This document shows positions 1 to 12,849 of a stretch of DNA of 64,000 nt, one piece after another. A program made the translations under genes and the position numbers. Under the pieces are notes generated by a model that saw nothing but the letters and a program-made list of their open reading frames with translations, made no database searches and was not told where the DNA came from. The DNA comes from Antedon mediterranea (taxonomy: Eukaryota > Animalia > Echinodermata), in contig NC_092671.1 in the NCBI RefSeq assembly GCF_964355755.1, positions 22,580,070-22,644,069 of the forward strand. The letters are read 5' to 3'. Numbering within the stretch: position 1 is the first letter of the stretch; each line of letters begins with the position of its first letter.

Positions 1-944
1 GCAAGCAAAGCTCTTTATAGACCTATTGTTTTAAACTAATAACTAGGGCTAAGAAGCAAGCCCTGTCTATTGTTATAGCTGAATAGTAAACAGGAAGTTT
101 CTGTACCAAGCCAAGCTGATCCACAGGATCTAAAAATGGGGATATGACCGGTTGGGCCGCCGACAAGTTGAGCCACCGGTGATTTCTATGAAACGCCCAG
201 TGCATGCGTCTTTTACGACATTTCGCGTAGTGATTAGGATGGTGTCCTAGTACATAAGTTCATGGTCTTGGTTTATTGTGTCATGAAAATAAATAATATA
301 TAATTACATATTATAATTAACAACACAGCAAAGGAAAGTAGTAATATTTAATAATGTAATTGTTTTTAATCTTCGGCGAGGAAAAAATTCAGTGCACTCA
401 TAATTTTTCTCGCCACGTGTAGGCCTACCACGTAAAGTCACGTTGTCCTCTCTCAGGACTAATTAATAGAGTATTAACATTCTTCGAATGAGGTTAAATA
501 ACTATTATTTTTTATTTAATAATCTTTTAATATCATATTTTATTGAATTTTACAATGTTAATACACAAAATATTTGACTAAAAACGTGATTTTATGTAAT
601 TATTTTACCGAAAAATGGAGTAAGCCTAGTTCATACAACTGCCGACTGAGGGGCAACATGTTTACGTCATTTTTGGCTAAAAACGATCACTTTCGGTGAT
701 GTTTTATATTTTGGAATCTACAAGCCAGATTTTCATAATTATTTCTTTAATTATAATATTTAATAATATATATACTAAAAACCATGATATATAAACTTTT
801 GAATGTACATCGATCCCTAATAATATAAATAGAACGAGCACCGGCGAAAGTTAGCATTTGGCGTTCCATAAAAAATAACGTTTTTCTGGTGGCGGCTCAA
901 CTTGGCCTAATCCCTAAAAATGGTATCTTAAAACGGGATCCAGT

Positions 945-1050
945 CAAGTCGCCCCATCGCAGAGTCGCCCCATCGCAAAGTCGCCCCATCGCAAAGTCGC
1001 CCCATCGCAAAGTCGCCCCATCGCAAAGTCGCCCCATCGCAAAGTCGCCC
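945..1050 (+). repeat. 16-bp tandem repeat (AAAGTCGCCCCATCGC) x ~6.5, probably the subterminal array of a non-autonomous DNA transposon starting near 935 (GGGATCCAGTCAAGTCGCCC)
   Basis: Units read directly; the leading motif resembles the termini at 2141 and 7365. Confidence 0.8.
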
Positions 1051-2837
1051 ACGGTTTTATTTCGGTATGATTATGAAGCGCCGCCGCTAGTAGTACGCTG
1101 TTTTAATCATATTGGTTGCGTTTGATATCGATTGCGTTGTTACTTTGGTCGCGCTAAATGTCGTATAGGCCTACATTATAATGTTTATTCTATTATATAC
1201 ATAATTTGTGTTTTAATTTTTATTTCACAGGTTTTAATGGAGTGATGTGCTTTTTAAAAATCATTAAAAAAATAGTCCCTTGTTTGAAAGTTCTAAAAAG
1301 ATTATCCCTGATTTATAGTTTCGAAAATGTTAATTTAATATGATTTTAAAATTAGTTACCAGAGCCACAATTACGAATCTTTCTTCAACCTACGCGTGGA
1401 TACCAGCTCATTTTTTAGGATAATATAATAAATGTATAAATGTGTAGTACTGTAGGCCTTCGTATAGATTTACAGTAGTTAAAACAATAACAGTGTTGTA
1501 AGACAATGAGTGTTATAGGCTACTTATTGATCATTTTGCATTTATTGACAAGTTATGTGTCTTAATTTTTATAATGACTTTTCAAAATGAAGAAATAAAA
1601 AAAAAAGGATTTCATCGCCGATATGATCATTTTATACATGCAGGTATTTTAGTAAAATTAAAACGCTACATTTTGACCATGGAAAACCATCGTATCGTGT
1701 GCGTGTTTTTTAAAAAGGGGAATCTCCGACGGGCAGCAGAAAGACGTCGTAGCAGCTGTGAGGAAACAGATACCAGAAGGCGCAGCTCCGATTGGTTTCA
1801 GAGAATGTTTCAGACCCGGTTTCAGATTGCGAGTCGCTTTTTATTCAACAGCAGAATGATCATTTTACTGAAGAAATTCTTTTCAACCCTTTTGGTTATA
1901 GAACATTCTAATTATCATGCCTAATAAATATCCTCATATCGGGTGTTTATTTAATTTTAAATTAAACAAGACAGTGAAGAGGCACAGAATAATACGTACA
2001 CGGACGTACGACGAATACATACACACACGCACGTCATCATTTACGACATATAGTGGTGATATGATGCAATTGTATAATGGATATAATGACTATGCAGGAC
2101 CCATCTTATAATGGAAATGGAGAAAATGCCTATGTACAGAGGATTTCGATCCAAGTCGGCCCTAAACCGTCTCGGCCAAAGTCAAGTCGGCCCCAAGTCA
2201 AGTCAGCCCCAAGTCAACTCGGCCTCAAGTCAACTCGGCCTCACGTCAACTCGGCCAAAAAATAATCGGTCAACTCGGCCCCGTTAAAATATGGAACGCA
2301 AAAAGTGCAAATGAAGGGGATTGATAAAATAATATTTCTTCACAATTTTTTAACTATAAATAATTCTGACTTTTAATGAATATTAATATTTAGACAATAA
2401 TATATTTAGCAAAAAAAAATAGGAATGATTTCACCAACTTTCCTTTATTTACGTTTAATAAAATCTCAAATTGCACAATTGAAAACAATTCGTAGCTGCG
2501 CCTCCCTGCACCTTTGGCAGCTTTTTCGATATCTACAACTGCTACATGTTTTCACTGACCGGGGGATTCCTCTTTTTTAAAAACGCAAATCATGGACAAA
2601 AACGATATGTACGATCATTTTTTCTATGGCCAAATGGTGGAACGTAGGCCTCCGTGTTTGATTTACTAAAATGCGGTACCTGCACGTGTTTTTGCAACAC
2701 GCGGATACTTATTATTCATATCGGCAATGAGTTCATTTTTTTATATATTATTTAATTATATTATTTTTTTTATTTCTTCATTTTTTTTAAAGCGTGGATA
2801 GTAAGAATCATAATAATATTAAGCACTTTTTGCGTTC

Positions 2838-3097
2838 TGTTATATACCCCCAGTACCTTTGTACAGTAGTAATGTATTGTAATATAATGTAAAGTATTGT
2901 AAAGCTGACTCAAAGATAGATGTATTCACTTCGACTACTTTTTAACAACTCTTTTATTCACAATTCTACTATCTATATGACTCATACAAATTGGTATAGT
3001 TACAGGTGGTATTTGTAAACCAACTGATAACATAGGAAGTGTATACTGATAAACAAATGTATCATCTTGCCTACTGGCACCATAGCTAGACATAACA
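2838..3097 (-). repeat. 3' LTR of Mag-like element; polypurine tract at 3098-3112
   Basis: Direct repeat of 7043-7302; adjacent minus-strand TTAGGAGGGGAGAGA. Confidence 0.95.
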
Positions 3098-3127
3098 TCT
3101 CTCCCCTCCTAATTTCACACGTTACAT

Positions 3128-4462
3128 TTAGGGAGTGTAATCAATTAACCAACGTGGTTTATAAACTTCACGTCTAGGTCTATCTTTATCAAATGTATGT
3201 ACAACAGTATCTTTCTGTTTCTGTGTGGTTAGATCATTTGTTAGGTATTTAGCATTCCAGATCTTTCCATCATCTAGCTCATATGTAGCATTACTAACAA
3301 TTCTTTTAATTTTTCCTCCAGTATAGAACTTATTACTTGATTTATCAACATGTCTCGGATTCTTAATTCGTACTGAATCTCCCACTTTAAATTGTGGTTT
3401 TCTCACATTTTTCTTATCATCGTAATACTTCTTACTTTTACTTTGGAACTTTTTAACTCGTTCCTTTACCTCAGTATGTTTAATTCCATTTTGGTAACCA
3501 TCTGTAGGTCTTACATTTAGTGTAGTAATTAATTTACGCTTATGTAATAATTCTGCAGGAGATATGCCTGTAACAGCATGAGGTGTAGATCGATAGATCA
3601 TAAGAAATTCTAACATGGCCTCATTCCAATTCTTATTATTTTCATTGGCCATTTGAATGGTATGTTTAATTGTTCTATTCATTCTTTCAACTAATCCATT
3701 ACTTTTAGGATAGTACAATGATGTTCTAATGTGTTTAATACCTCTCTCCTTTAAATAATTTTCAAACTCTATGGATACAAATTGTTTCCCATTATCGGAT
3801 ACCAACTCATTTGGTAATCCTTCTCTTGCAAATATCTGATCGAGAAAATTACATACAAATGTAGATGTAATATCATTAGTAAAAGAAACTTCTGGCCATT
3901 TACTGAAATAGTCAACTAACACAATAGCATATCTACACTTTCTAGGTCCCTTTTCAAATGGGCCTATTATATCAATAGCAACTTTTTGCCATGCATGTTC
4001 TGGTAACGCAATTGGTTGTAATGGCGCATTGTAAGTTTTAGCCGTCTTATCACTATTTTGACACGGTTCACAATTCTTAATTTTATCTTCTACTTTACGA
4101 TCTATAGCAGGAAACCAGTATAGTTCTCTAATCCTGTTTTTAGTTCGTACAATACCTTGATGTGCAGTATGTGCTTCATCAATTATTTTACATTGCAATG
4201 ATTTTGGGATTACCAGTCTCTCCCCCCTCATAATTAAATCATCATTTAAACACAATTCATCTTTTACAAGGTAGTAAGGTTTTAATTCTTCATTTAACAT
4301 TTTCTTACTTGGCCATGCAGTTGTAATATACTTCTTAAGTAATGTTGACACATGATCAGTATTTGTCTCCTTAATTAACTCTTGTTTTGTAATGCAAGTG
4401 TTAGCATCCAATATATAACTTAATACATATTCATCACTATTATCAACAGAAGGATTATTTTG
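3128..4462 (-). CDS. Integrase portion of pol (HHCC zinc finger + DDE core), +1 frame relative to upstream pol
   Basis: HTAHQG...CEPC, VAIDIIGP, SDNGKQF, SNGLVERMN motifs; frame open up to 4462. Confidence 0.92.
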   Translation of the reverse strand, partial: QNNPSVDNSDEYVLSYILDANTCITKQELIKETNTDHVSTLLKKYITTAWPSKKMLNEELKPYYLVKDELCLNDDLIMRGERLVIPKSLQCKIIDEAHTAHQGIVRTKNRIRELYWFPAIDRKVEDKIKNCEPCQNSDKTAKTYNAPLQPIALPEHAWQKVAIDIIGPFEKGPRKCRYAIVLVDYFSKWPEVSFTNDITSTFVCNFLDQIFAREGLPNELVSDNGKQFVSIEFENYLKERGIKHIRTSLYYPKSNGLVERMNRTIKHTIQMANENNKNWNEAMLEFLMIYRSTPHAVTGISPAELLHKRKLITTLNVRPTDGYQNGIKHTEVKERVKKFQSKSKKYYDDKKNVRKPQFKVGDSVRIKNPRHVDKSSNKFYTGGKIKRIVSNATYELDDGKIWNAKYLTNDLTTQKQKDTVVHTFDKDRPRREVYKPRWLIDYTP

Positions 4463-7001
4463 TTATGGGGAGTCTACTTAAAGCATCGGCAACAGAATTA
4501 TTTTGCCCTGTAACATATTCAATCACATAATCTAAATTAAGTAGCCACTCTGCCCATCTAGCAATTCGCATGGTTTTATGACCTGTAGCACATGAACTTA
4601 GCAATTTTAAATTAGCCTTGTGGTCAGTACGTAATGTAAATTTGTTACCCCATAAGTAATTAAACCATTTTTTACAAGCATATACACAAGCTAATGCTTC
4701 TTTCTCTCCCGTTGAATAATTACGCTCTGCACTTGTTAATGTACGGGATGTAAATGCAATAGGAATTTCAATGTTATCCTTAATTTGACTTAGCACACCG
4801 CCTATTCCATAATCTGAACTATCAGTGGTAACAATCACTGGTAATTTGGGATCAAACAAATTCAATGCAGTACTTTTAGCAATACTATTCTTTAATTTAT
4901 CAAATGCGGCTTGTTGTTCAGTACCCCACACAAACGCATTTTCTTTCCTTAGCAAATACCTTAATGGTTCTGATGTAGTCACATAATTTGGTACAAATTT
5001 TGCATAGTATCCAAACATTCCCAAAGCAGTTCTCAATTCAGAGATGTTGTTTGGAATTTTTGCCTCGATTATGGCTTTTACATGGTCATTATCAGGTTGA
5101 AGTCCTGAAGCCGAAATTGTATGACCTAAGTATGAAATTTGTTTCACTCTAAATTTGCATTTATCAAGGTTTAGCGTTAACCCTGCCTTTTGTATTTTAC
5201 TTAGAACATTTTCCATATTAATAGCATGTTCATGTTCATCTTTACCAAAGACAACAATATCGTCAAGATAGCAACGTACCCCCTTTGCATTCATTAGGAT
5301 TGAACTCATTGTTTTCTGAAATGCAGATGGTGCGGAAGCAAGACCAAAACATACTCTCTTATAACGGTAAAGGCCTTGATGCGTAATAAAAGCAGTTAAA
5401 TCCCTACTTTCTTTATGTAATGTCAATTGATGGTACGCAGATCTAAGATCTAACGTAGAAAATACAGTAGCACCATGCAATGAATTGAATAATTCTGAAA
5501 TATCAGGTAAAGGAAATTGGTCTACTACAAGTTCTTTGTTAACTTCTCTTAAATCTATACAAATACGTACATCACCGGATTTTTTACCTACTACGACAAT
5601 AGGACTTACCCAAGGACTTGCATTAATTTTCTCTATAATTCCTTGGCTTTCTAACCTATCAAGTTCTTTAGCAACTTTGTCTCTTACCGTAAATGGTAAG
5701 CTTCGTAATTTCTGAATTTTCGGTGTACAGTGTTCGCGGACCATAACTTTATGTACGAAATCCTTCGCGAGCCCCACATTCCCATTGAACAATCTCGGAT
5801 AGTTCTTTTTCAGTTCTTGCTTGTATTCAGCATCATCAATTGTAGTAGTATCTTTAGCAACTTGGACGTAAGCAATTTGTCCTTTCACAATGTTAATATT
5901 TAGGTTGCTAATCAAGTCCATCCCGAGAATAGGCGATCCTTTTTCTACAATGTAAATCTTCTCGTGCACTTTATTCTCTGGCTCACTGGCAAGTGTAACT
6001 GGTAAATTCACAAATCCATGCACATGTATCGGTTCCTTGGAGTAGGTCATCAGTTTGATTGACGCCTTTTGTAGAGCTTCGTTGACAAAATATCGATTAT
6101 AGATTCTTTTGGGTAGAATTGTAACTGGTGAACCAGTATCTATGGTCATGTTCACTTTTGCTGAATGACCTATCAATACGTCAGTGCGTAATTTTCTGTT
6201 AACCATCACATTAACAGACATGGTTTCATCAATATTTTCAATTTCAACACTTCTGCAAACACTAGCAAAATGTCCTATCTTACGGCATTTATTGCATTTA
6301 GCTTTATTTGCCTTGCATTTGACATCATTTGCTTTGTGCGATTTCGAACCACAACGAAAACAGTACTCACTGGATTTGTATTTTGCTGGCTGTTGTTTAG
6401 GTTTGTAATTACTCTTTCGTATCTGCTCAACAGGTAATGGTAGTTCAGCTTTACCTATTATTTGGCATTCTTTTGCAGCATGTTCGCATTGCCTTGCAAT
6501 TTCTATGGCAGTATTTAATGTAAGTTCAGGTTCCAGAAGTAATCTTTTGCGAATACGGGAAGAATTAGTTTTCTCAACTAACTGGTCTCTTATCATTTCA
6601 TCAGATATTACACCGAAATTACATGAAATTGATAATTGTCTAAGTTCTCTTACGTACTCATCTGATGTTTCATCCTGGAGTTGTCTACGTTGACGAAATT
6701 TGTATCTTTCCGCTACAACGTTTAATCTTGGGTTAAAATGTGCCCGCAATTTGGCAACAGTTGCATCATATGAATTAACATCATCATTTGGATCAATTTC
6801 TCTTTCTGGTAAGGAGCTGTAAATACGTTGACCCTCAGTACCAAGACAATGTAGTAATAGTGCTTTTCTTCTTTCAGCATTCCATCGGTCACTTCCAGAC
6901 GCAAGAGTATAATTTGTAAAAAAATCAAACCATTGTTCAAACTTTAACGTTGATTTGCCTGGAGTAGGTAGAAACGGTACTGGTGGTGAAATTCCAGCCA
7001 T
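4455..7001 (-). CDS. Gag-protease-RT-RNase H polyprotein
   Basis: Two CCHC knuckles (CFRCGSKSH..., CNKCRKIGHFASVC), IDTGS protease, YLDD RT, TDSS...EKEALA...ADALSR RNase H. Confidence 0.95.
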   Translation of the reverse strand: MAGISPPVPFLPTPGKSTLKFEQWFDFFTNYTLASGSDRWNAERRKALLLHCLGTEGQRIYSSLPEREIDPNDDVNSYDATVAKLRAHFNPRLNVVAERYKFRQRRQLQDETSDEYVRELRQLSISCNFGVISDEMIRDQLVEKTNSSRIRKRLLLEPELTLNTAIEIARQCEHAAKECQIIGKAELPLPVEQIRKSNYKPKQQPAKYKSSEYCFRCGSKSHKANDVKCKANKAKCNKCRKIGHFASVCRSVEIENIDETMSVNVMVNRKLRTDVLIGHSAKVNMTIDTGSPVTILPKRIYNRYFVNEALQKASIKLMTYSKEPIHVHGFVNLPVTLASEPENKVHEKIYIVEKGSPILGMDLISNLNINIVKGQIAYVQVAKDTTTIDDAEYKQELKKNYPRLFNGNVGLAKDFVHKVMVREHCTPKIQKLRSLPFTVRDKVAKELDRLESQGIIEKINASPWVSPIVVVGKKSGDVRICIDLREVNKELVVDQFPLPDISELFNSLHGATVFSTLDLRSAYHQLTLHKESRDLTAFITHQGLYRYKRVCFGLASAPSAFQKTMSSILMNAKGVRCYLDDIVVFGKDEHEHAINMENVLSKIQKAGLTLNLDKCKFRVKQISYLGHTISASGLQPDNDHVKAIIEAKIPNNISELRTALGMFGYYAKFVPNYVTTSEPLRYLLRKENAFVWGTEQQAAFDKLKNSIAKSTALNLFDPKLPVIVTTDSSDYGIGGVLSQIKDNIEIPIAFTSRTLTSAERNYSTGEKEALACVYACKKWFNYLWGNKFTLRTDHKANLKLLSSCATGHKTMRIARWAEWLLNLDYVIEYVTGQNNSVADALSRLPITK

Positions 7002-7020
7002 TGTATCACTTAGAATTTAA

Positions 7021-7039
7021 AATCCGATCCTCGTCGCCA
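7021..7039 (-). promoter_or_regulatory. Primer-binding site, tRNA-Ser(GCU)-like
   Basis: Minus-strand TGGCGACGAGGATCGGATT 3 nt inside the 5' LTR; complementary to the recalled tRNA-Ser(GCU) 3' end with one mismatch. Confidence 0.8.
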
Positions 7040-7042
7040 ATT

Positions 7043-7302
7043 TGTTATATACCCCCAGTACCTTTGTACAGTAGTAATGTATTGTAATATAATGTAAAGT
7101 ATTGTAAAGCTGACTCAAAGATAGATGTATTCACTTCGACTACTTTTTAACAACTCTTTTATTCACAATTCTACTATCTATATGACTCATACAAATTGGT
7201 ATAGTTACAGGTGGTATTTGTAAACCAACTGATAACATAGGAAGTGTATACTGATAAACAAATGTATCATCTTGCCTACTGGCACCATAGCTAGACATAA
7301 CA
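7043..7302 (-). repeat. 5' LTR of Mag-like element
   Basis: Direct repeat of 2838-3097. Confidence 0.95.
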
Positions 7303-8267
7303 CGTTCCATACTTTATTGTGGCCGAGTTGACCTATTAGTTTTAGGGCCGACTTGACCTGCACCCTCAACACACCATGCACCACACACGACGGAACTAGT
7401 GCCGCGAGACGTAACAATTATGTGAAATGAGGACCTTTTTTAAAATGTTCGCTGTAGGAAGCTTAAATAGGGTTTCAAGCCAATTTTAACGTAAAACAGA
7501 TTATTGATACTTACTCTATCCATATACGCCGATTTTTTGGTAATTCACTGTATGGAATGCAAATCCCACTAATGGAAAATTTGTAAACAAACACAAGTTA
7601 GAAAACTTCAGCTTTGACGGCTGCACACGAACTTTGGAAAGAAACTGTCACTGACAACAAATCCAACAAATTATTCTGAAAATTAGGTGACCTGCGACAT
7701 CTTAAACATAATAAGGAACTGATCTTACCATATATGGTTAATTTTTCGCCTATTAATGTTTATTAAACAGCTATAAAATGACGTATACTTTATGCTAATG
7801 TTTTCGCGCGAAACGTTGATGCCTCTGTGCCGAGGGCTTATAAAATTAATGACGTCATGCGAAGTCGAAAATGTCGCGATAACGGTCATATTTCCCAACG
7901 CGGCTCTCCGACTGAAAGGCTTAGTTTGTCCAGCCCAGAACTTCTTACATAACACTTTTCAAGTAGGTTACAAAACTGGCTTTATTCCTTTGTTCTTCAG
8001 AAATAGGTGTATGCTTGATTTTCTACTTTGCAGCCTAGGTTTCAGTTATAAAATTTGCAAAAACCATACCTCAAATCATGAAACTCCAGTGAAAATAAAA
8101 AACTGCAAACAATCACCTAATCTTTTATATAGTTTGTAGTGAGAAAAAAGATCACCTAATAAATTGGAATGTAGGGATGCTCTTAAACAACTCTTGGATA
8201 AGCATGAGGGTGTGTTTAAAGAGGAACTGGGACTTTTAAAGGATATTAAAGCTGATGTTTTACTTAA

Positions 8268-11145
8268 AATGGATATGAAAGGGTTCCTAGCAATATCATT
8301 TTATTGGCTCAACGTGTAGATCAATCAGTTTTAAGCTTGCCATAGTCATACTTAATGTTTTGGAGGACGACAACGCCCTCAAAACGCCCCTGAGAAACCT
8401 GTGAAAAACTTTTTGTGACGTCACTAAAAGTTATTTTTGTATTACAGAGATAGGAATTTAGCAGTAAATCATTGATTGATGCAAAAGCATGGTAGTAATT
8501 ACTTATCGCTTTGATATTTTTATTCTTGGATAAGTATGTTAGCCTAATCGAATAAAATTAATTCATATTATCAACCATGTTTTTTTTTAAACGGATTTTA
8601 ATTTCGTTTTTCAAGGCCATCTTTTACGAAATTCATAGCCAAATGCCTATCTTGCTGGGTACACGGAGTTATTTTGCGCATGCGTGAGAATCACAGAGTC
8701 GACCACCTTGGCCTCACTCTCGACCCTCCTCTCGCGAGCGATGTTTATTTCGCTATACACGTATATACACGTATTATTGAAACATTCATTTTATTATTAT
8801 TTCGTTGTAATTAACTGAAATTGATGGAAATTCGTCCACATCGTCTTGTTAACACGGGTATTAACATCGTTTTGAAGAAACGGTTGGACGAGTAAATGGT
8901 GTTTGACAATGCCATGGCCTGGAGCTAGCTAGGCCTATAGGCTAGCCTAGGCCTTTTTAGTAGTGATGACTGCTGGATACGGTGTTTAGTCGCCCGGCCA
9001 GAGGTGAGCTGAGAGCGTATGCTCCTTGATGTATCGTTGAGGGTGTTAATGGTAGGCACAATTGTGTTACTGTATTATGTATATACACATTATTTATAAG
9101 TACGTTTATTAATATTGTTGTGTGCTGTAGTGTCCTGACTAACGCATTATTAAAATATTTTTTTGTTATTACAGGCCGCCCTAGGGCCTAGCTAGGCTAG
9201 GCAACACTGAATACTAAATATTATGATTCCCAATAAAATGAATAGAGGTGGATTTTCTCTAATGTAGTAATAAAGGTTATAACAGGCCAGGCCTAGTTAG
9301 TGGTATTTCAGCTTGTATCATATACAGTACAGTACCTATACAGTAAATAAACAATTCATTTGTATTTTTACCTACCTACAGGTCTATAATTGGAGTGCAA
9401 CTATGATAATTGATGGACGGGATAAGCAAATGTATTTAGTGATTGGAATGGAAGCGGAAATGTTAGAGTCAAATTATAATATTAAGGTAACAGATACTGA
9501 GCATTGCTATTTTAAACTGTTGATCAAACCTACATAATACATTATACTAAATTATTATTTTGTTTTGAGGGCAGATAAACATGTGCTTATTCATTTTCCT
9601 TTTTTCAGGTGAATAGAAAGATGCCCAGCGTACTTTATAATAGATGCTACTTGGATCATGCTTGCACGATTTATGCAGTATACTAAGACACCAAGTATAG
9701 AATGAGCGCAGACAATTAAAATTACAGAACTAAATATTTATGAAGAATAGTAAAATATGCATAATAGAATTCTTTAACTATGGTAATGTACTACCAGACA
9801 GTACATATAGTGTTTGTTTTTAACCATCTAAATGGGTCTGGGTATATAAACAAATAAACCACTACTGTACTTCTTTTTTTATTTATTTACCCAAATACTA
9901 TGTACAATGGACATTTATGAAAGAATCCATCTCTTGAATATGATGGAGCTGGCTGGTGTTGATAGAATTAAAATGTATCACTCAGGTCTCAAAAGTAATT
10001 TATGTCCCGTTTGAAAAATCCTGCTTGTTCCAAACTCATTATGATACATATATTCAATAAAATTCATTCCACACACTATTTCTGCCATATAATTTGATGT
10101 TTACAATTTTATTACTACAGTAGTACTATTACAGTTCTTCAAAGCCATCTCATGTACTGTTGATTCCATAAATCTGCAAAGATAAGACCAATAAATGGAT
10201 GGAAATGAACTATTATTTTTATTCAATCCTACCTCTAGGCCCTATACTATAGTATTATATTTTATGACTTGGTAACAAACAGAAAGAGGTTATTATTTAA
10301 TTACACTACAGTTACTAACTAAACTATAATAATCCTCTCTGCCTCACCTCTGCTCTACTTTAATTATTAGTATTATTATATTACTATATTAGTCAATAAC
10401 AAAAGTCAGAGCCAAAAACAAGTTCAACACAAGCTTACCTTTTTTATTTACGTCGCCTTTTACATACGTCTACGCCCGCGCCTTGTCCACTTCCTGAAGG
10501 TTCGTCGGTGGACCGGCGACTACTACAGTACTCTCTTGTACTGTAGACCATGGAGTAACTCCATGTGTAGGCCTAGCCTACTACTAGCGAATTTAGAAGA
10601 AACTATAGTCTACTAGACCTAGCCTAATTTGTAGTCTGCGTGAGTGGTTTAGTGTGAGAAGTACAAATACACACTTTCTTCTTTTCACGTACAATCTTTG
10701 CAGACATAACTTTTTATTGATTTGTGAAATATCGATATTTTCTACGACTGCAGCAACAGGGAGCTTGCAACACGCGAGTCTCGTGTAGGAGGATGGGTTT
10801 GTTTACACCACACACAGACTAGTCCGCGAACGAGACAAGGCGGTGATTGGACTGTATTAAAATTCATTAACCAATCACAAAACGACTGCTGCCGTGGCTA
10901 CAACCCCGGGTGTTTCAAACTCTAAATTTGACGATCTCGTACGTGCGTATAGAACGTTCATAAAAATTAAGATGGCGTGCCAGTTGGTCGGCCATTTTGC
11001 GGACGTTTTATACCAAAATTTAATTTGTTTATTTCTCAATTTCTACTAGGTATTTGAATCTAATTTTTTGTGTGCTGTTTATTAACATTAAAAGGATTCA
11101 TACAAAGTAATTTTTGTGAAATTTTAAAATCCTTTCATATCCATT
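8268..11145. mobile_element. Non-autonomous TTAA-targeting DNA transposon (Kolobok-like)
   Basis: TIR AATGGATATGAAAGG / CCTTTCATATCCATT, TTAA on both sides (8264-8267, 11146-11149); removal restores the pol frame; no long ORF. Confidence 0.85.
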
Positions 11146-11165
11146 TTAAGGGAGATGGCAGGCCA

Positions 11166-12849
11166 TCTGGACCAGACAATATTTCTCCTTCACTTCTTAA
11201 ATTAGCTGGCCCTGTTATCTCTTCATATCTCTCTAACATCTTTAATCTGTCACTTTCTCTTGGTCAAGTTCCACTTGATTGGAAAAGGGCTAATGTAGTA
11301 CCAGTTTTCAAATCAGGTAATCGTGCAACACTTAAAAACTATCGACCTATTTCTCTTTGCTCTATTCCTTGTAAACTCTTAGAAGGACTTCTTTCTACCC
11401 ATATTAACACTCACTTAACTAATCTATGTCTTATTCCTAAAGCCCAACATGGTTTCGTGCCAAGACGATCAACTATTACTCAAGTTTCCCAACTTTACCA
11501 TCACCTTGCTTCTAATCTTGATAAACGTAATTCTCCTAAAACCGATGTTATATTTCTGGATTGGTCCAAGGCCTTTGATAAGATTTCTCATACTCCTCTT
11601 CTTCAAAAACTTCACAACTATGGTTTCTGTGGCTCTACACTTAATTGGATTTCCTCTTACCTAATTGGTCGGTCACAGAGAGTGCTTTTTAATGGTTCCT
11701 CCTCCAATTGGGCCCAAGTAACATCTGGGGGTTCCACAGGGATCTCTACTAGGCCCTCTGTTATTTAATATTTTTGTTTCGGATCTTCCCTCTACTCTTC
11801 AATCTAATATTCTCCAATATGCTGATGACACTGTTGTCTTCAGAAATATTCAATCTAAACTCTGATTCCCTTATCCTACAATCTGATCTTGACAATATTC
11901 TTTCTTGGTCCAACGTAAATAAAATGTCACTTAACATCAATAAAATGTAAAGTTATGCACGTTTCTCGCTCTCGAAATCCCACACTCTACCCTTATACTC
12001 TTAATGATATCCCTCTATCTCTAACTAACAGCCATAAATACCTTGGCATTACCCTTAATAGTACCCTTTCCTGGCACGACCACATTTTAGCTGTTCACTC
12101 TTCTGCCTCCAGGACTTTAGGATTTATCCGTCGTACTGTTGGTACCAATGACTCTCATTCTCTTCTGCTTTACAAATCCTTATGTCGTCCGATTCTGAAA
12201 TATGGTGCTCCTGTGTGGTTTCCACATTTGGCTTCCCATCTTACTCTTCTTGAAAAACCCCAACGCATTCTTACAAGATACTTTTTTCCAGGTAAACACT
12301 TTGAACGTCCTACTTACGCCGAAAGATTAGCTCTCCTTCATCTTCCTTCTTTGACTTCTCGGATTGATTTCCAAACTATTGTCTTTGTTGTCAAATGTTT
12401 ATACACTCATTATTGATCTCGATGTTTCTTCTTTTTTTTCTCCTATTTCTCGTCACAAATTTGATCTTCTATTCAGGCCACCCTTTGCTCGAACTGTCTG
12501 TTTTCTATCTTCACTCTTTCCTAGATTCTGTAAACTTTGGAATGGTCTTCCCTCTGAATTAAGTGAGCTTGCTCTCCTTGGCAGGTTTCGAGAATTCGAG
12601 ACTAGTCTTCGCCAACACTATTTCTTTTGATTTTTCTTGGTCCCTGCTGTATTTTTTTTTTTTACATCATGTTATTCTCGTCATTTATTTTATATTTATA
12701 TTATATTTTATTTATGTTAAAGGAAAGTCTTTAAACAGTGATTGGGTTCGCTTGTGACAATCCTGGCTTTTTGTTTCATTATATATTTTTATGTATTCTG
12801 TTGTAATTGTAATGAGCCGATATTGAATAAATCAAATCAAATCAAATCA
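11166..12849 (+). mobile_element. 5'-truncated CR1-group LINE (frameshifted RT and C-terminus) with (ATCAA)n tail
   Basis: SGPDNI, NYRPISL, LDWSKAFD, GVPQGS-like, YADD, KYLGI motifs; AATAAATCAAATCAAATCAAATCA tail. Confidence 0.92.

Larger units (their letters stand above)
2838..7302 (-). mobile_element. Full-length Ty3/gypsy LTR retrotransposon (Mag-like), recent insertion
   Basis: 260-bp LTRs (TG...CA) identical by eye; 5-bp TSD CGTTC at 2833-2837 and 7303-7307; PBS and PPT present; gag-PR-RT-RH-INT order. Confidence 0.97.
2141..7365. mobile_element. Decayed non-autonomous TIR element (MULE-like?) with GTCAACTCGGCC subterminal repeats; hosts the LTR element at 2838-7302
   Basis: Tandem GTCAA(G/C)TCGGCC units at 2150-2282 and inverted copies at 7320-7365; AAGTCGGCCCTAAA shared between the ends; no TSD found. 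Confidence 0.55.

Noticed and set aside
889-1125. Repetitive peptide ORFs here and at 2077-2265
   Set aside because: Translations of 16-bp tandem repeats
1380-1960. Possible MULE transposase remnant
   Set aside because: Too degenerate to show catalytic motifs by eye
11070-11768. ORF as a single gene with a novel N-terminus
   Set aside because: Chance read-through across three different elements
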